Shown: positions 1-11,492, counted from the stretch's first letter. The stretch: 64,000 nucleotides of DNA from Camelus dromedarius (GCF_036321535.1 NC_087437.1:5828001-5892000), one strand, 5' to 3'. Made by a program: numbers and translations. The notes: generated from the letters alone by a model not told the origin.

Positions 1-19
1 TGTTCCCTAAGCTATAAAT

Positions 20-136
20 TCCCGGCCACCACCCCCTAGAGAGCTGAGACCATGAGGCTGGGGATCTGCATTTTAACCAGGTAATCCAGGTGATTCTGAG
101 GAAAGTGGCCTAGTGACAACCCTTTGAGAAGCACTG
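20..136. mobile_element. MER5-like hAT DNA transposon relic
   Basis: gggatctgcattttaaccagg...ccaggtgattctga...tttgagaagcactg resembles the MER5 family; boundaries approximate. Confidence 0.55.
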
Positions 137-156
137 GTACAGGAGGTGCACACACA

Positions 157-332
157 GCAGGACCTGCTTAGCGGGTGTGTGACCTGTGCACCTGCACAGT
201 CTCGACACGCAGAGTGACCCTGTGCTTGGCTCACTGCTCTTCCGTGAACTTCTTGAAATTCGTAATAATTTTTGAACGAGGAGTCTGCGTTTTACTTTCC
301 CCTGAGCCCTGCAAATGGTGCGGCCAGTTCTC
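157..332 (+). mobile_element. MER91A-like DNA transposon relic
   Basis: gtgtgacctgtgca...tcttgaaattcgtaataatttttgaac...gagccctgcaaat matches the recalled MER91A consensus. Confidence 0.65.
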
Positions 333-606
333 TCTGCTAGCTTTTATTGTGTATTACTGGAAATGTGTTTCTGGACGTTCATGGATTGCAATTATTCCAT
401 AGCAATTCTTTACCTGTTTGTATTAGGCTGTAAACGCCAGGGCCACCTCTAAGCTTTGGAAGTGAGTATCATTCATTGCAGGACACACAACAGGAAATTC
501 TAAGAGTATGATTTATTTCCCCAGGGAAGTTAAATTTTTCTTCCTAGTCCTGAGCATAGAAACCTACATCTGTGTTATCCTGATGCACTATTATTTTTCC
601 TCCTAG

Positions 607-3093
607 GATGGTACAAAACAAAAGAGAGAGCGGAAAAAGACCGTCTCGTTCAGCAGCATGCCCACGGAGAAGAAGATCAGCAGTGCAAGTGACTGCATCA
701 ACTCCATGGTGGAGGGCTCAGAGCTCAAAAAGCTTCGCTCCAACTCCAGAATTTACCACCGGTATTTTCTGCTGGACGCTGACATGCAGAGCCTGAGGTG
801 GGAACCATCTAAGAAGGACTCTGAGAAAGCCAAGATTGACATTAAGTCCATCAAGGAAGTGAGAACGGGGAAAAACACGGACATATTCCGCAGCAACGGC
901 ATTTCCGACCAGATATCTGAAGACTGCGCGTTTTCGGTCATCTACGGGGAGAATTACGAGTCGCTCGATCTGGTGGCCAACTCTGCAGATGTTGCGAACA
1001 TCTGGGTCACGGGCCTGCGGTACCTCATCTCTTACGGGAAACACACACTCGATATGTTAGAAAGTAGTCAGGACAACATGAGGACTTCTTGGGTTTCGCA
1101 GAAGTTTAGTGAGATTGATGTAGATAACCTTGGACATGTAAGCCTGTGCAGTGCTGTGCAGTGTATCAGAAACCTCAATCCTGGCTTAAAAACGAGCAAA
1201 ATTGAGCTCAAGTTCAAAGAATTGCACAAATCCAAGGACAAAGCTGGTACTGAAGTCACCCAGGAAGAATTTGTTGAGGTTTTCCATGAGCTTTGTACCC
1301 GACCTGAAATTTATTTCCTCTTAGTCCAGTTTTCAAGCAATAAAGAATTCCTTGACACCAAGGACCTTATGATGTTTCTTGAGGCAGAGCAGGGTGTGGC
1401 CCATATCAACGAGGAAATAAGCCTTGAAATTATTCACAAGTATGAGCCATCCAGAGAGGGTCAGGAAAAGGGCTGGCTTTCCATAGACGGGTTCACTAAT
1501 TACCTTATGTCACCTGACTGTTACATATTTGACCCGGAGCACAAGAAGGTCTGTCAGGATATGAAGCAGCCCTTGTCTCATTACTTTATAAACTCATCTC
1601 ACAACACGTACTTGATAGAGGACCAGTTCCGAGGTCCCTCTGACATCACAGGGTACATCCGCGCTCTTAAGATGGGCTGCCGGAGCGTCGAGCTGGATGT
1701 GTGGGACGGGCCAGATAATGAGCCTGTCATCTACACAGGCCACACCATGACCTCTCAGATCGTCTTCCGCAGCGTCATCGACATCATTAACAAGTACGCG
1801 TTCTTCGCTTCAGAATACCCTCTCATCTTGTGCTTGGAAAACCACTGTTCCATCAGACAGCAGAAGGTGATGGTTCAACACATGAAGAAGATTTTAGGCG
1901 ATAAGCTCTACACGACGTCGCCCAACGTCGAGGAGTCGTACCTGCCATCCCCAGATGTCCTGAAAGGGAAGATCCTGATTAAAGCCAAGAAGCTGTCCTC
2001 GAGCTGCTCCGGCGTGGAGGGAGACGTCACCGATGAGGACGAAGGGGCGGAGATGTCGCAGAGGGCGGGCAAGGAGGACGTGGAGCAAGCCAACCACGTG
2101 CCCGCGAAGCGCTTCCAGCTCTGCAAAGAGCTGTCCGAGCTGGTGAGCATCTGCAAGTCAGTGCAGTTCAGAGAGTTCCAGGTGTCGTTCCAGGTGCAGA
2201 AGTACTGGGAGGTCTGCTCCTTCAACGAGGTGCTCGCCAGCAAATACGCCAACGAGAGTCCCGGGGACTTCGTCAATTACAACAAGCGCTTTCTGGCCAG
2301 GGTCTTCCCCAGTCCCATGAGAATTGACTCCAGCAACATGAACCCTCAGGATTTCTGGAAGTGCGGCTGTCAGATCGTGGCCATGAACTTTCAGACCCCG
2401 GGACTCATGATGGACCTGAACATCGGCTGGTTCCGGCAGAACGGGAACTGTGGCTACGTCCTCCGTCCGGCCATCATGAGGGAGGAGGTCTCCTTCTTCA
2501 GTGCCAATACCAAAGACTCTGTCCCAGGAGTCTCCCCGCAGCTCCTTCACATCAAGATCATCAGCGGGCAGAACTTCCCCAAGCCCAAGGGGTCTGGCGC
2601 CAAAGGGGACGTGGTGGACCCTTACGTCTATGTGGAGATTCACGGGATCCCTGCTGACTGTGCAGAACAAAGGACAAAAACCGTGCACCAGAACGGAGAC
2701 GCCCCCATATTTGACGAAAGCTTTGAGTTTCAGATCAACCTGCCGGAACTGGCCATGGTGCGCTTCGTGGTCCTGGATGATGACTACATCGGGGACGAGT
2801 TCATCGGTCAGTACACCATTCCCTTCGAGTGTTTGCAGACTGGCTACCGCCACGTCCCACTGCAGTCGCTGACCGGGGAGGTCCTAGCACACGCGTCCCT
2901 CTTCGTCCACGTGGCCATCACTAACCGAAGGGGAGGCGGGAAACCTCACAAAAGGGGCCTTTCTGTGCGGAAAGGGAAGAAGTCCAGGGACTATGCGTCC
3001 TTGAGAACGCTGTGGATTAAAACCGTGGATGAGGTGTTCAAGAACGCCCAGCCCCCGATCCGGGATGCCACGGACCTGCGGGAGAACATGCAG
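607..3093 (+). CDS. PLCL2: PLCL2 large coding exon (exon 2 by homology): PP1-binding motif, PH domain, EF-hands, X and Y boxes, C2 domain
   Basis: Acceptor ttttcctcctAG (605-606), then GAT GGT ACA... = [23 protein letters not shown], in frame with ORF 658..3186. Donor CAG|gtatgc at 3094. Length 2487 nt = 829 codons, phase 0/0. Translation has PLC motifs [43 protein letters not shown] and C2 motif [11 protein letters not shown]. Confidence 0.97.
637..651 (+). other. PLCL2: KTVSF, RVxF-type protein phosphatase 1 docking motif
   Basis: AAG ACC GTC TCG TTC; fits K-x-V-x-F. PRIP proteins are known PP1 binders. Missed by the ORF track, which starts at the ATG at 658. Confidence 0.8.
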
Positions 3094-4607
3094 GTATGCT
3101 CAGGTGCCCAGCTGTGTTCCTCTGTGCGTGTGTGCATGTGGTTTATGAGTGGGTTGGGGGATTTCTTAAAATACAAGTGTATTTGATCCTAAATACTTTG
3201 TAAACTCCACTTAGTTATTAGAATGTTTACCACTGGTTTTTTTTTGTAACGTCTAAATTTCTGAAACCACAGTTGCTATTGAAGACGCTGACAGCATGTT
3301 GGAAGGAGCCAGCCTTGTTGCGTTGTCTCACAGGGGTCCTGGTCTCTGTTAACTGCCACTCAGCAGCCCCCCGTCTTCTCTAGACGCCTGCATGGGAGTG
3401 TCTGATATTTCTGAATATTCCTCAGCTGGGACACGCACTAACAGCCCATCGGAATGGAAGGGACACTTTCCAGTCCTGTCTTGTGGGGCTGCGATGCTGG
3501 GAGACTGGCAATCCCTCACACCAGCCAGAGTGTTTGCGCCTGTCTTGACTTTAGAGCTGTTACCTAATCATTTAAGTTAAAGACACGTGAGGCCTGTATT
3601 TATTAGATGGTGAAGATAATTACCTCTGAACCACATTGTGGCTAAAGGTGGCCAGTGAGGATTATGTATGTCATTAAGGATCGTCCACGTGTCTTAACAG
3701 GACACTGGGGCCGCGAGCAATGCAAAACCAGGCAGGGAGGGCCTGCCTCCCACAGACGCTGGCCCTGGCTGGTCCCAGTGTGTGAGCACTCTGGGCCAGT
3801 TTGAGAACAAAAAACCAAAAAGGTAGATACATCTTTTTGTGTATATATATATATGTATCTTTATAACGAGTATGAGCAGAATGCCAGCAGCAAGTAAAAT
3901 TAAAAGACCTTCCCGTAATAGAGAAATTGCATTTTCTGTTTGTCTCAGAGTAACTGCGTCACAGCAATGTGGAAGGCTGTCCCTATTTCTGAAGGTGATG
4001 TGGCTGGTGGACCTCAGCGCTGAGCGGGCCCCGCCTTGCAGTTGCTACTGTGCACATGAAGCCAAGCGTCACCCTCTGGGGCCGCGTGTCTGCACTGACC
4101 CCCCACCCCACCCCGGCGTGGTCGAGGGTGCCTGCGGGGCACAGGCGCAGGGGCCGGGATGCAGCCGGGAGCAGACAGATGACTCTGGTCGGGGATGGGC
4201 AGCGGGAAGGGAAGGGGCAGCAGGTAGCAAGCTGAGAATAAACAAACAGGACAAGTTGGGAAGATGGGGAAGAAATAACAAGGAGGAGCGATGGAGGGGC
4301 TGGGGACCCCCTTAGATCTCAATTAAAATTTATTGTTCTAGGCAGTCAACATCCAAGTGATTTGGAACAAAATGATACACATTTTGATGTTTGACACCCC
4401 TATTTAAAGCAATATTAATAAAAAGAAAATGGTGAAATTTAAAACTGGATAGCAGTACTAACTCCAAGAACTGGCGTATCTGAGAGCAGAGGGCACAGGG
4501 CTTGGAGGGGGGCATAGATACCCCCACCCCCCGGCTGCCGCGCTTAGCCCAGATCAGGAGCCAGGTGTGCCCGAAGAACTCCTATTTCAGTTAGAATTTA
4601 CCTGTTA

Positions 4608-4830
4608 TTGTAGCCCAGTGATTAAGAGTATAGGCCTCAGCCTCTGTGGACCTCAGGTAGGATCTTGGCCCCCTTACCTCCCAGCTGTGTGACCTTAGAC
4701 AGGCCACAGAGGGAAGTCCCAGCTGGGGTTCGGCTTCCTTAAGCACAGCCTGGCTTGTTGGGAGGGTCAGCTGTGGTCACGTGTATTACATATGCCTCAG
4801 ATGGAGCTGGCCCTTGGTCAGCGCTCAGAG
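4608..4830 (+). mobile_element. MIR SINE relic
   Basis: tagcccagtgattaagagtataggc...ccagctgtgtgaccttagacagg, MIR head/core-like; boundaries approximate. Confidence 0.5.
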
Positions 4831-5515
4831 GATGCTGACTCCTGGCATTTTACAGTGTGGGAGGGCCTTCGTTCATGGGTATTTTAATGGCGCACCTCTG
4901 GTGATTAGAAAAAGAAGAGCATTGGGAGCAGGAGAAGCAGTGAGGTCCCTGGAGATGGGACTCAGGGAAGGGAAGACCGTGGGTACCCAAGGTCTCCCGT
5001 GGGCAGACCTCAGAGTTCCCTTAGCTGTGCAACCAGCAGGCATAAACAGGTGAGAGAGACTCAGGTTTCTGCCTCCCAAATACTCCCCTCCTTTTCGGAT
5101 GGCTGGCATATTTGATATTTATTTTAAACCTGATTTTTTTTTTCTTAATTGTCACCTTTTTGAATGCAGATTTTTTTTTTTTGGTTGTTTGCTCATAATT
5201 ACATATCAGCCTTAGCACCACTGTGAACTTTGATCTGAAAAGAGGCTTTGCCCTTGGGAAGAATTTAACTTATTTGCATTTTCTGTACCTCTGATAAATT
5301 GTCATGACAAATGTCCGTAACTATGTTTGCTTTGGAAAATAGCCATGTTTTCCCCCCCAGATAAGATAATTTTTAGCCACGTCTGTTGTAACACTGCTAA
5401 TACTGTCGTACCAGGCAGTCCAAGTATAACCCAGTGTATATCAAGTGTAATAATGTCCATGAGAAGTTAGACCCCAGGTGAATTACAGCGCGCCTTGTCT
5501 CTTCCCACTGAGCAG

Positions 5516-5719
5516 AATGCGGTGGTGTCCTTCAAGGAGCTGTGTGGCCTCTCGTCTGTGGCCAACCTCATGCAGTGCATGCTGGCCGTGTCTCCCCGCT
5601 TCCTGGGACCCGATAACACGCCCCTGGTGGTCCTGAATCTCAGCGAGCAGTATCCCACGATGGAGTTGCAGGGGATCGTCCCTGAGGTTCTGAAGAAGAT
5701 CGTGACAACTTACGACATA
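5516..5719 (+). CDS. PLCL2: PLCL2 exon 3 ([12 protein letters not shown]...KIVTTYDI)
   Basis: Acceptor cttgtctcttcccactgagcAG (5514-5515); donor ATA|gtgagt at 5720. 204 nt, phase 0/0, continues the exon 2 frame (ENMQ|NAVV). Lies within ORF 5495..5935. Confidence 0.95.
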
Positions 5720-6230
5720 GTGAGTCCCTCTTTGCACTTTTCTGGAGCCTGGGGAGAGGGGGTCTTGGGACAAGAACCCGGACGTGCTTGGGGGCTCCTG
5801 CTAAGGTGTGCTTTCCTGTTTCACGCTTCATTTTTCCTGGGTTGTAAAAGTGATTCCTCCAAGTTCTCTGTATTTGAAAGACTTGAGTGTTTCATTGTTG
5901 CTGTCTTAGAAAGCAGGATTCAGACCCTTGCCTGAGCTGGATCAAATAGTCATTAGCTTTTCACAGACGTATCTGAACTGATTTCTCCAGCATAGTCTAT
6001 TTTCCACACGTAGATGATAAAGAATTTTTTTACTCTGTCCCCGCAATCTGCCATTGATACACTCGTTTTTATTTTGTCTCATTTTTCAAACCGGCAAAGG
6101 TGAGAAAGTTAATTTTTTTCTAAAATGTATTTTAAGTACCGTCGGGGGGTGGGGGAGGTGCTCCTGTCACGTGACTCTGCTGTGTGTTGCTTTCCTGCCT
6201 CACAGCAGTTGCACTGAGATGCCTGTGATT

Positions 6231-6360
6231 GGTTTGGTTTGGGTGGGGAGGGGGTGTGTAATTAGGTTTATTTATTTATTTTAATGAAGGTACTGGGGAT
6301 TGAATCCAGGACCTCGTGCATGCTAAGCACGCGCTCTACCACTGAGCTATACCCTCCCCT
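6231..6360 (-). mobile_element. Vic-1-type camelid SINE (tRNA-Ala derived)
   Basis: Reverse complement reads ggggagggtatagctcagtggtagagcgcgtgcttagcatgcacgaggtcctggattcaatccccagtacc + (TAAA)n + acctaattac tail. Near-TSD tgcctgtgatt (6220-6230) / tgcctgtaatt (6363-6373). Confidence 0.88.
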
Positions 6361-6703
6361 AGTGCCTGTAATTTGTAATCAGCTTGGCATTAATGAGGTA
6401 GCCTCAGGACCCTAGAGTACTACATTTTGCACTGAAGGTATGTCCTGCATTTTCTTAATTGCATCCTGTTCTTGCTGCACGTTTTGATTTATCGTAATCC
6501 TAAGGGAGGCGTCAGTGGGTGGACAGCACTTGTTTCCAGCTCACAGTGTACAGGACCCACGGTGAGCACTGGCAGCTCCTCTCCGGCAGGTCAGGGCCAA
6601 GGGTGGCGGTGGACAGCCAGTCCCCTCCCAGATGGGCGAGGCAGTCAGCTGTTACCATTCCTGGTGCTCGGAAGTAAGAGGCCCCACCCAGCACCTCCCC
6701 ACC

Positions 6704-6726
6704 ACACACACACACACACACACACC
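6704..6726. repeat. (CA)n microsatellite
   Basis: About 11 CA units read directly. Confidence 0.9.
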
Positions 6727-7274
6727 AAGGACACGAGCGAAGACCGCAGAAACATGGGGCTGCTTCTGATGTAGCCCGCTATGGTCTAAGACAAATCAGG
6801 ATAGGCGTCGTAAACCTTAACAGAAATATCTCTTACTGTTCTATAAACTGATCTGAAAGCTGCAGTTCAGAGGGATTTATACCACTTAAAGGAAAGAAAA
6901 AAATGCTTTAGGTCAGCATTTCCCACAGTGTGTGCCGAGGAACCTCGGTTTCCTAGGATGTTAATATGTATCACACGGGAGAAAGGGTTCCATGTTGGAA
7001 TGATTTACGGAAATACTGGTTTGACCACAATTAATCCGCTGTCTTTACTGCAGGACTGCTCAGGGCCTTTTACGGGCTGGCACAGTGATTTCCCGAAGGG
7101 TGATGGAGATCACAAATTGGCTTGGCCATGGGGTACAATTTCCAAAAACCAGAGTTCAGAAGGATTTTTGTTCTTGAGCTTCTTCACTTCTTGGGTGAAG
7201 AAATCTCTGGGTGCAGAAGATCTGGAAGCACAAATCAGAAGAATGCAATATCATTTTTGCTGTCTCTCTTTTCC

Positions 7275-8027
7275 CCAGATTTGAGAAACAGTTGCCGCAC
7301 GTGTACAAGTTTGAGGCGTGCAGCATGAGGGTTTGATGTCTGTATACTGTGGAATGCTGACCACCGTAGGTCCAGCTAACATCTGGCTTCTCATACAGAT
7401 ACAGGTTTTAAAAAAACAAAAGGAAAAAATGTCTCCCTGGGATGAGAGCTCTTAGGCTTTACTCTCTTAACGCCTCCCCGATCCATCAGTCGTCACGTTG
7501 TACATTTCGTCTCTGATTTACCTTATCCTAACTGGAAACGTCTGCCTTTGACCACCTCCTTCAGGTCTCCCTTTCTCCACCCTCCACTTCTGGTAACCAC
7601 AAGTCTCATCTCCTTTTCTAAGAGTTTGATATGTTTTTGTTTCTAAGTTTCCATATGTGAGTGAGATCATGCAGTATTTGTCTTTCTCTGACTTACTTGA
7701 CTTAGCGTAGTATCTTCGAGGTCCATCCATGTTGTCGCAAATGGTAGGCTCTCCTCGTTCTTTATGATGGAGTAATATTCCACTATATGTATTTATGCGT
7801 AGATGCCCATCAGTTGGCACTGAGGCTGTTTCCATGTCTTGGCTGTTGTAGACAGTGCTGCTGTGAACACGGGGGTGCAGGTGTCTTTTTGAGTTAGTGT
7901 TTTCGTTGCCTTTGGATATATTCCCAGAAGGAGAGTTGCTGGATCATATGGTAGTTCTATTTTTAATTTTCTGAGGATCCTCCACGCTGTTTTCCATAGT
8001 GGCTGTGCCAATTTACTTTCCCACCTA
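7275..8027 (-). mobile_element. 5'-truncated older LINE-1 (ORF2 C-terminus + 3' UTR)
   Basis: Minus ORF 7793..8011 [32 protein letters not shown] is the L1 ORF2 C-terminal motif, followed by 3' UTR-like sequence. Confidence 0.88.
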
Positions 8028-11000
8028 GAATAATACAGGCTTTTTAAAACAGTGCATCAGTTCGTCCCTTTTAAAAAAAGTGGTGCTTGTCCTTTCTCCT
8101 GGGTTCCTATGCGGCAGGCACACGCTGTAGCAGGTGTTTATCACTCTCGGCTAGTCCTGGCTTCGAGTTCACGGTGATGTCCAAGAAATAAGGACGGACC
8201 ATCGGACCGACCCTGCAGGCGGACCTCGGGGGTGGCAGTCGACCTGCAGAAAGGAGGGAGGCGGGGGGGCGAATGTGTGCGGTGAACACGCGGGAGCGCC
8301 GTGCTGGGTGCTGGAGGGGCCGCACAGAGGGGCATGAGGGGCCCTGTCCAGGGAGCCGGCCAGGCTGCTAGGACGGCAGCTGGGGGACCAGACCTGAGCA
8401 GCGTGTGCTGAGATTCCTTTGCGGGGGGAAAAGGAAAGATGGGAAAAAGAGGAAAAAGTGAAAAAGTTTGAAAAGCTCTTCCATGCTGTTATTCGGGCTA
8501 CTTAGTTCCTAACGCTCTATGTTTTATGAGAAGAAGCCAAAAGAAGTAGCTGATGGTTGTAAATGCTTTTGAAATGTAAGCCACAAATAAAATCCTCAGA
8601 CACTTTGCTGACCTGTGGGGTGAGCAGTGTCTAAGGTGACCCCCCCGTAGGTGTGTCACTGCGCACGCAGGGATGTGTCCTCACGGTGACCTTTTTAAGA
8701 GGAGCCTCCTGAGGGTGGGGTGTGGTGCCCCCCGCAGGTGATACCTGGTGGGGGGCTGAGTGCTGGTCTGGGGCAGGAGTGTGGTCGTGGCTGGGGCGAC
8801 ACCGACACTGCCCCCCAATAGCCCCCACAGCATCACTTGGCCCAGGAAGCGCTCGGCATTCCTTGTTCCCCGGACCAGTGAATGATAGCACTCACTATGT
8901 AACTCTTGTTTGCATATAACTTTATAATTGTGTTCCTGGAGACATGGTAAGACAACGTATTTGCCAGTTTAAATTTTTGAAATTGTGGAATTAATCTTCC
9001 ATAATGTTTAATTGAAATAGTGGTGCCTGCTGCATGGTACCCCAGGCTTTATTGATTTGTTCTGTTGTCAATTCCACCTGAGAAACCGAGCCATAAAATA
9101 TTGAAAATTAAATTCAAATTTTTATAATTTGAATTTTAAACATCATAATATTGCTACGGTGATATTATAACTCTTGTAATGTTTTACAGGCCATGTTTTT
9201 AGTGACCTAATAGTTTCTCACCCTGTGACAATTAACTTATTAAGGCTAACTAATGGAATTGACCAAGTATTGATGGGAAATGTACTAAGGTCTTGGGTAG
9301 CCTTGATTTTTGTACTGTTACATTGCACTTAACCCAAAATGAACCTTAGAAATAAGATCCTGTTTCATCTTGTTGACTTCCCATTTATAGTTTGAAGACT
9401 CCAAATGAGAAGTTAGTGTGGTTTGAGAAATCCTGCCCCCGCCACAGAAGTCCAGTGTCACTGCTCATTCACATCGCTGAAGCTCGCTCTCCAGTGAGGA
9501 CAGGACTGTGCAGTCCTAAGAGTGTACAGATGTGTATCTGTGCTCCTGAGATTGGAATTGCTTTTCTGTGTCTGAACTCTTATTACTAAACTAGTGCATC
9601 AGACACTTGCCAGTGTCCTTGTGGGAAAGGAGGCTGCAGGGGAGGGGTTGGCCATGGGAACATGGACATCGTGGAAGCCAGTATAGAGACCAGGAAAGAG
9701 TGCCCTGCTCAGGGCGGCCACCCAGCCCGGTTTTCCTGGGAAAGACCCTGCTGATACACCTGCTGTCCCAGCGGGACCAATGCTTCAGTGTGTCCCTGTT
9801 TAGGTGATTAGTTGTATGGCCACCCCGCCCATGGCCCCTGGATTGTCCTGGTGGTGCTTGTGATTACCAGCAGGTCTTCAAAGCTGCCCGGGTGGTGGTT
9901 TTTCCCCCGTTGGTGGTTCCTCCTTGGATCCTGGAAGTGGGGAGGTTTGAGCCTGGGACCTACCTAGCTCAGGAGGTGGCTGTCAAACCATTCAGGAACA
10001 GAGGAGAAAGAGGGTACAGACACCTTCTTAGACGAGGCAGACGGGTAGAATAGGGGCGGGGTGTGCAGAGTGGGATTGGCTGTGCGTGGTCAGACACGTG
10101 AGGCTTTCCTTCCCTTGAGGTGTTCACCGTTCAGTGGAAGAGATGACATGTGTCCATAGGCAGTGAGGCGACAGAGAGCTGTCTTGAAATAATGTGAACA
10201 CATGATTTGAATGTTCATGGGAGAGAATGGTCAGTTTCAAGGTTAAGAAACCCTGGCCTTTGAGCTAGACCTTTAAGGAGGAGTCGGAGTCAGCAGGCAA
10301 GTACGAGAAGGAGACTGTCACAGGCTGGGTTCTCAGAAATGAGAAGCACGTATCCTGGGAAACGGAAGTGTGGCCCGTGGGAGTTCTTGCACCGTTGCTC
10401 AGCAGCGAAAGGCTGGACTCAGGATGAGGCACTGTGGACTGCAGGAGGGCTAGGGTGAAGGAGACTCAGGCAGCTGAGTGCCTTGATTTTGCAGATGAGA
10501 ACACAGAAACCCTGTGGTCCCTCACACTAATGGCAGAACCAGGTTTAGAGCCCGACTAGTCTCTTTGTCTAGTCTTTTTTTCTGTGATCAGGTCAGGAAA
10601 ACTAGGCACACACGGTAGGTGGATGGATGATCAAATCCAATAATAACAACCTGAAGGTGTTCAGGTGGGGCTCTCGAAGTCATACGTACCTTATTTGTGA
10701 TTCTCACTCCTCTTAAAGGTAGAGAAGAATTCATTTTGCATAGTTTGGTGTCTATTAAAAGGCAGGTTCAATGAGCTTAAGGAGGATTGTATTCAGTAGA
10801 TCAGATGCCACTCAAAGAAGTCTGACTGTGAGTCCCTGAACATATCTTTCATGTGATTGCTTGAGAAAACAGAACATTTAAATATTATACTTAAAATGTG
10901 TGTGAATGGACTTGAATGCATCCACTGGTGAGAATCAGAACGACTGAGCTTGCTGTCTCATGTAGTTAAAGGCTGGGTCGGAGAACATAAGGACTGTGTA

Positions 11001-11165
11001 GCCTGAGTCAGAGAGAGTCTAGTGAGGAAGTGGTTTCTCTGCACAACACACGACGCTCCTGAGTGGACGTGCCAGGCGTTCCAGCACCATCTCCCCTCTC
11101 CCATCCACGCAGGGGATCTCAGTCATTATCTTTTTAAACTAAAGCTTTCACCATCCCCCCCCCCC

Positions 11166-11492
11166 TTTTTTTTTTTTTTTTATTGAAGGATAGTCAGTTT
11201 ACAATGTTGCATCAGTTTCTGGTGTATAGCATAATGTTTCATTCATACATATACACACATTCCTTTTCATAATCTTTTTCATTACAGGCCATTACAAGAT
11301 ATTGAATATAGTTCCCTGTGCTGTACAGTAGGACCTTGTTGTTTATCTAGTTTATGTATAGTAGTTACTATGTATATAATTAGTAGTCTATTTTATATAT
11401 AGTATATCTGCAAATCCCAAAGTCCCAGTTTATCCCTTCCCCCCCTCATTGTCCCCTAGTAACCATAAATTTGTTTTCTATGTCTGTGAGTC
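11166..11492 (-). mobile_element. LINE-1 3' UTR fragment
   Basis: Poly-T then attgaaggatagtcagtttacaatg...gttccctgtgctgtacagtaggacc...tgtctgtgagtc; homologous to copies at 14362, 51273 and 58496. Confidence 0.85.

Noticed and set aside
2158..2853. 231-aa antisense ORF over exon 2 (also 718..1044)
   Set aside because: In codon register with the sense frame; open because sense codons TTA/CTA/TCA are rare at high GC3. No recognisable protein.
3094..3186. C-terminal VCSGAQ...KYKCI of the 842-aa ORF
   Set aside because: Read-through past the CAG|gtatgc donor into intron; PLCL2 similarity resumes at 5516. The ORF is not a complete intronless gene or retrocopy.
5720..5935. Tail of the 146-aa ORF 5495..5935
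   Set aside because: Intron read-through beyond the exon 3 donor gtgagt.
6285..6356. Functional tRNA-Ala gene (also copies at 22355, 25968, 50617, 55325)
   Set aside because: All have SINE tails and TSD-like flanks and lack an adjacent oligo-T terminator. The copies I folded have B-box or stem defects. Annotated as SINEs.
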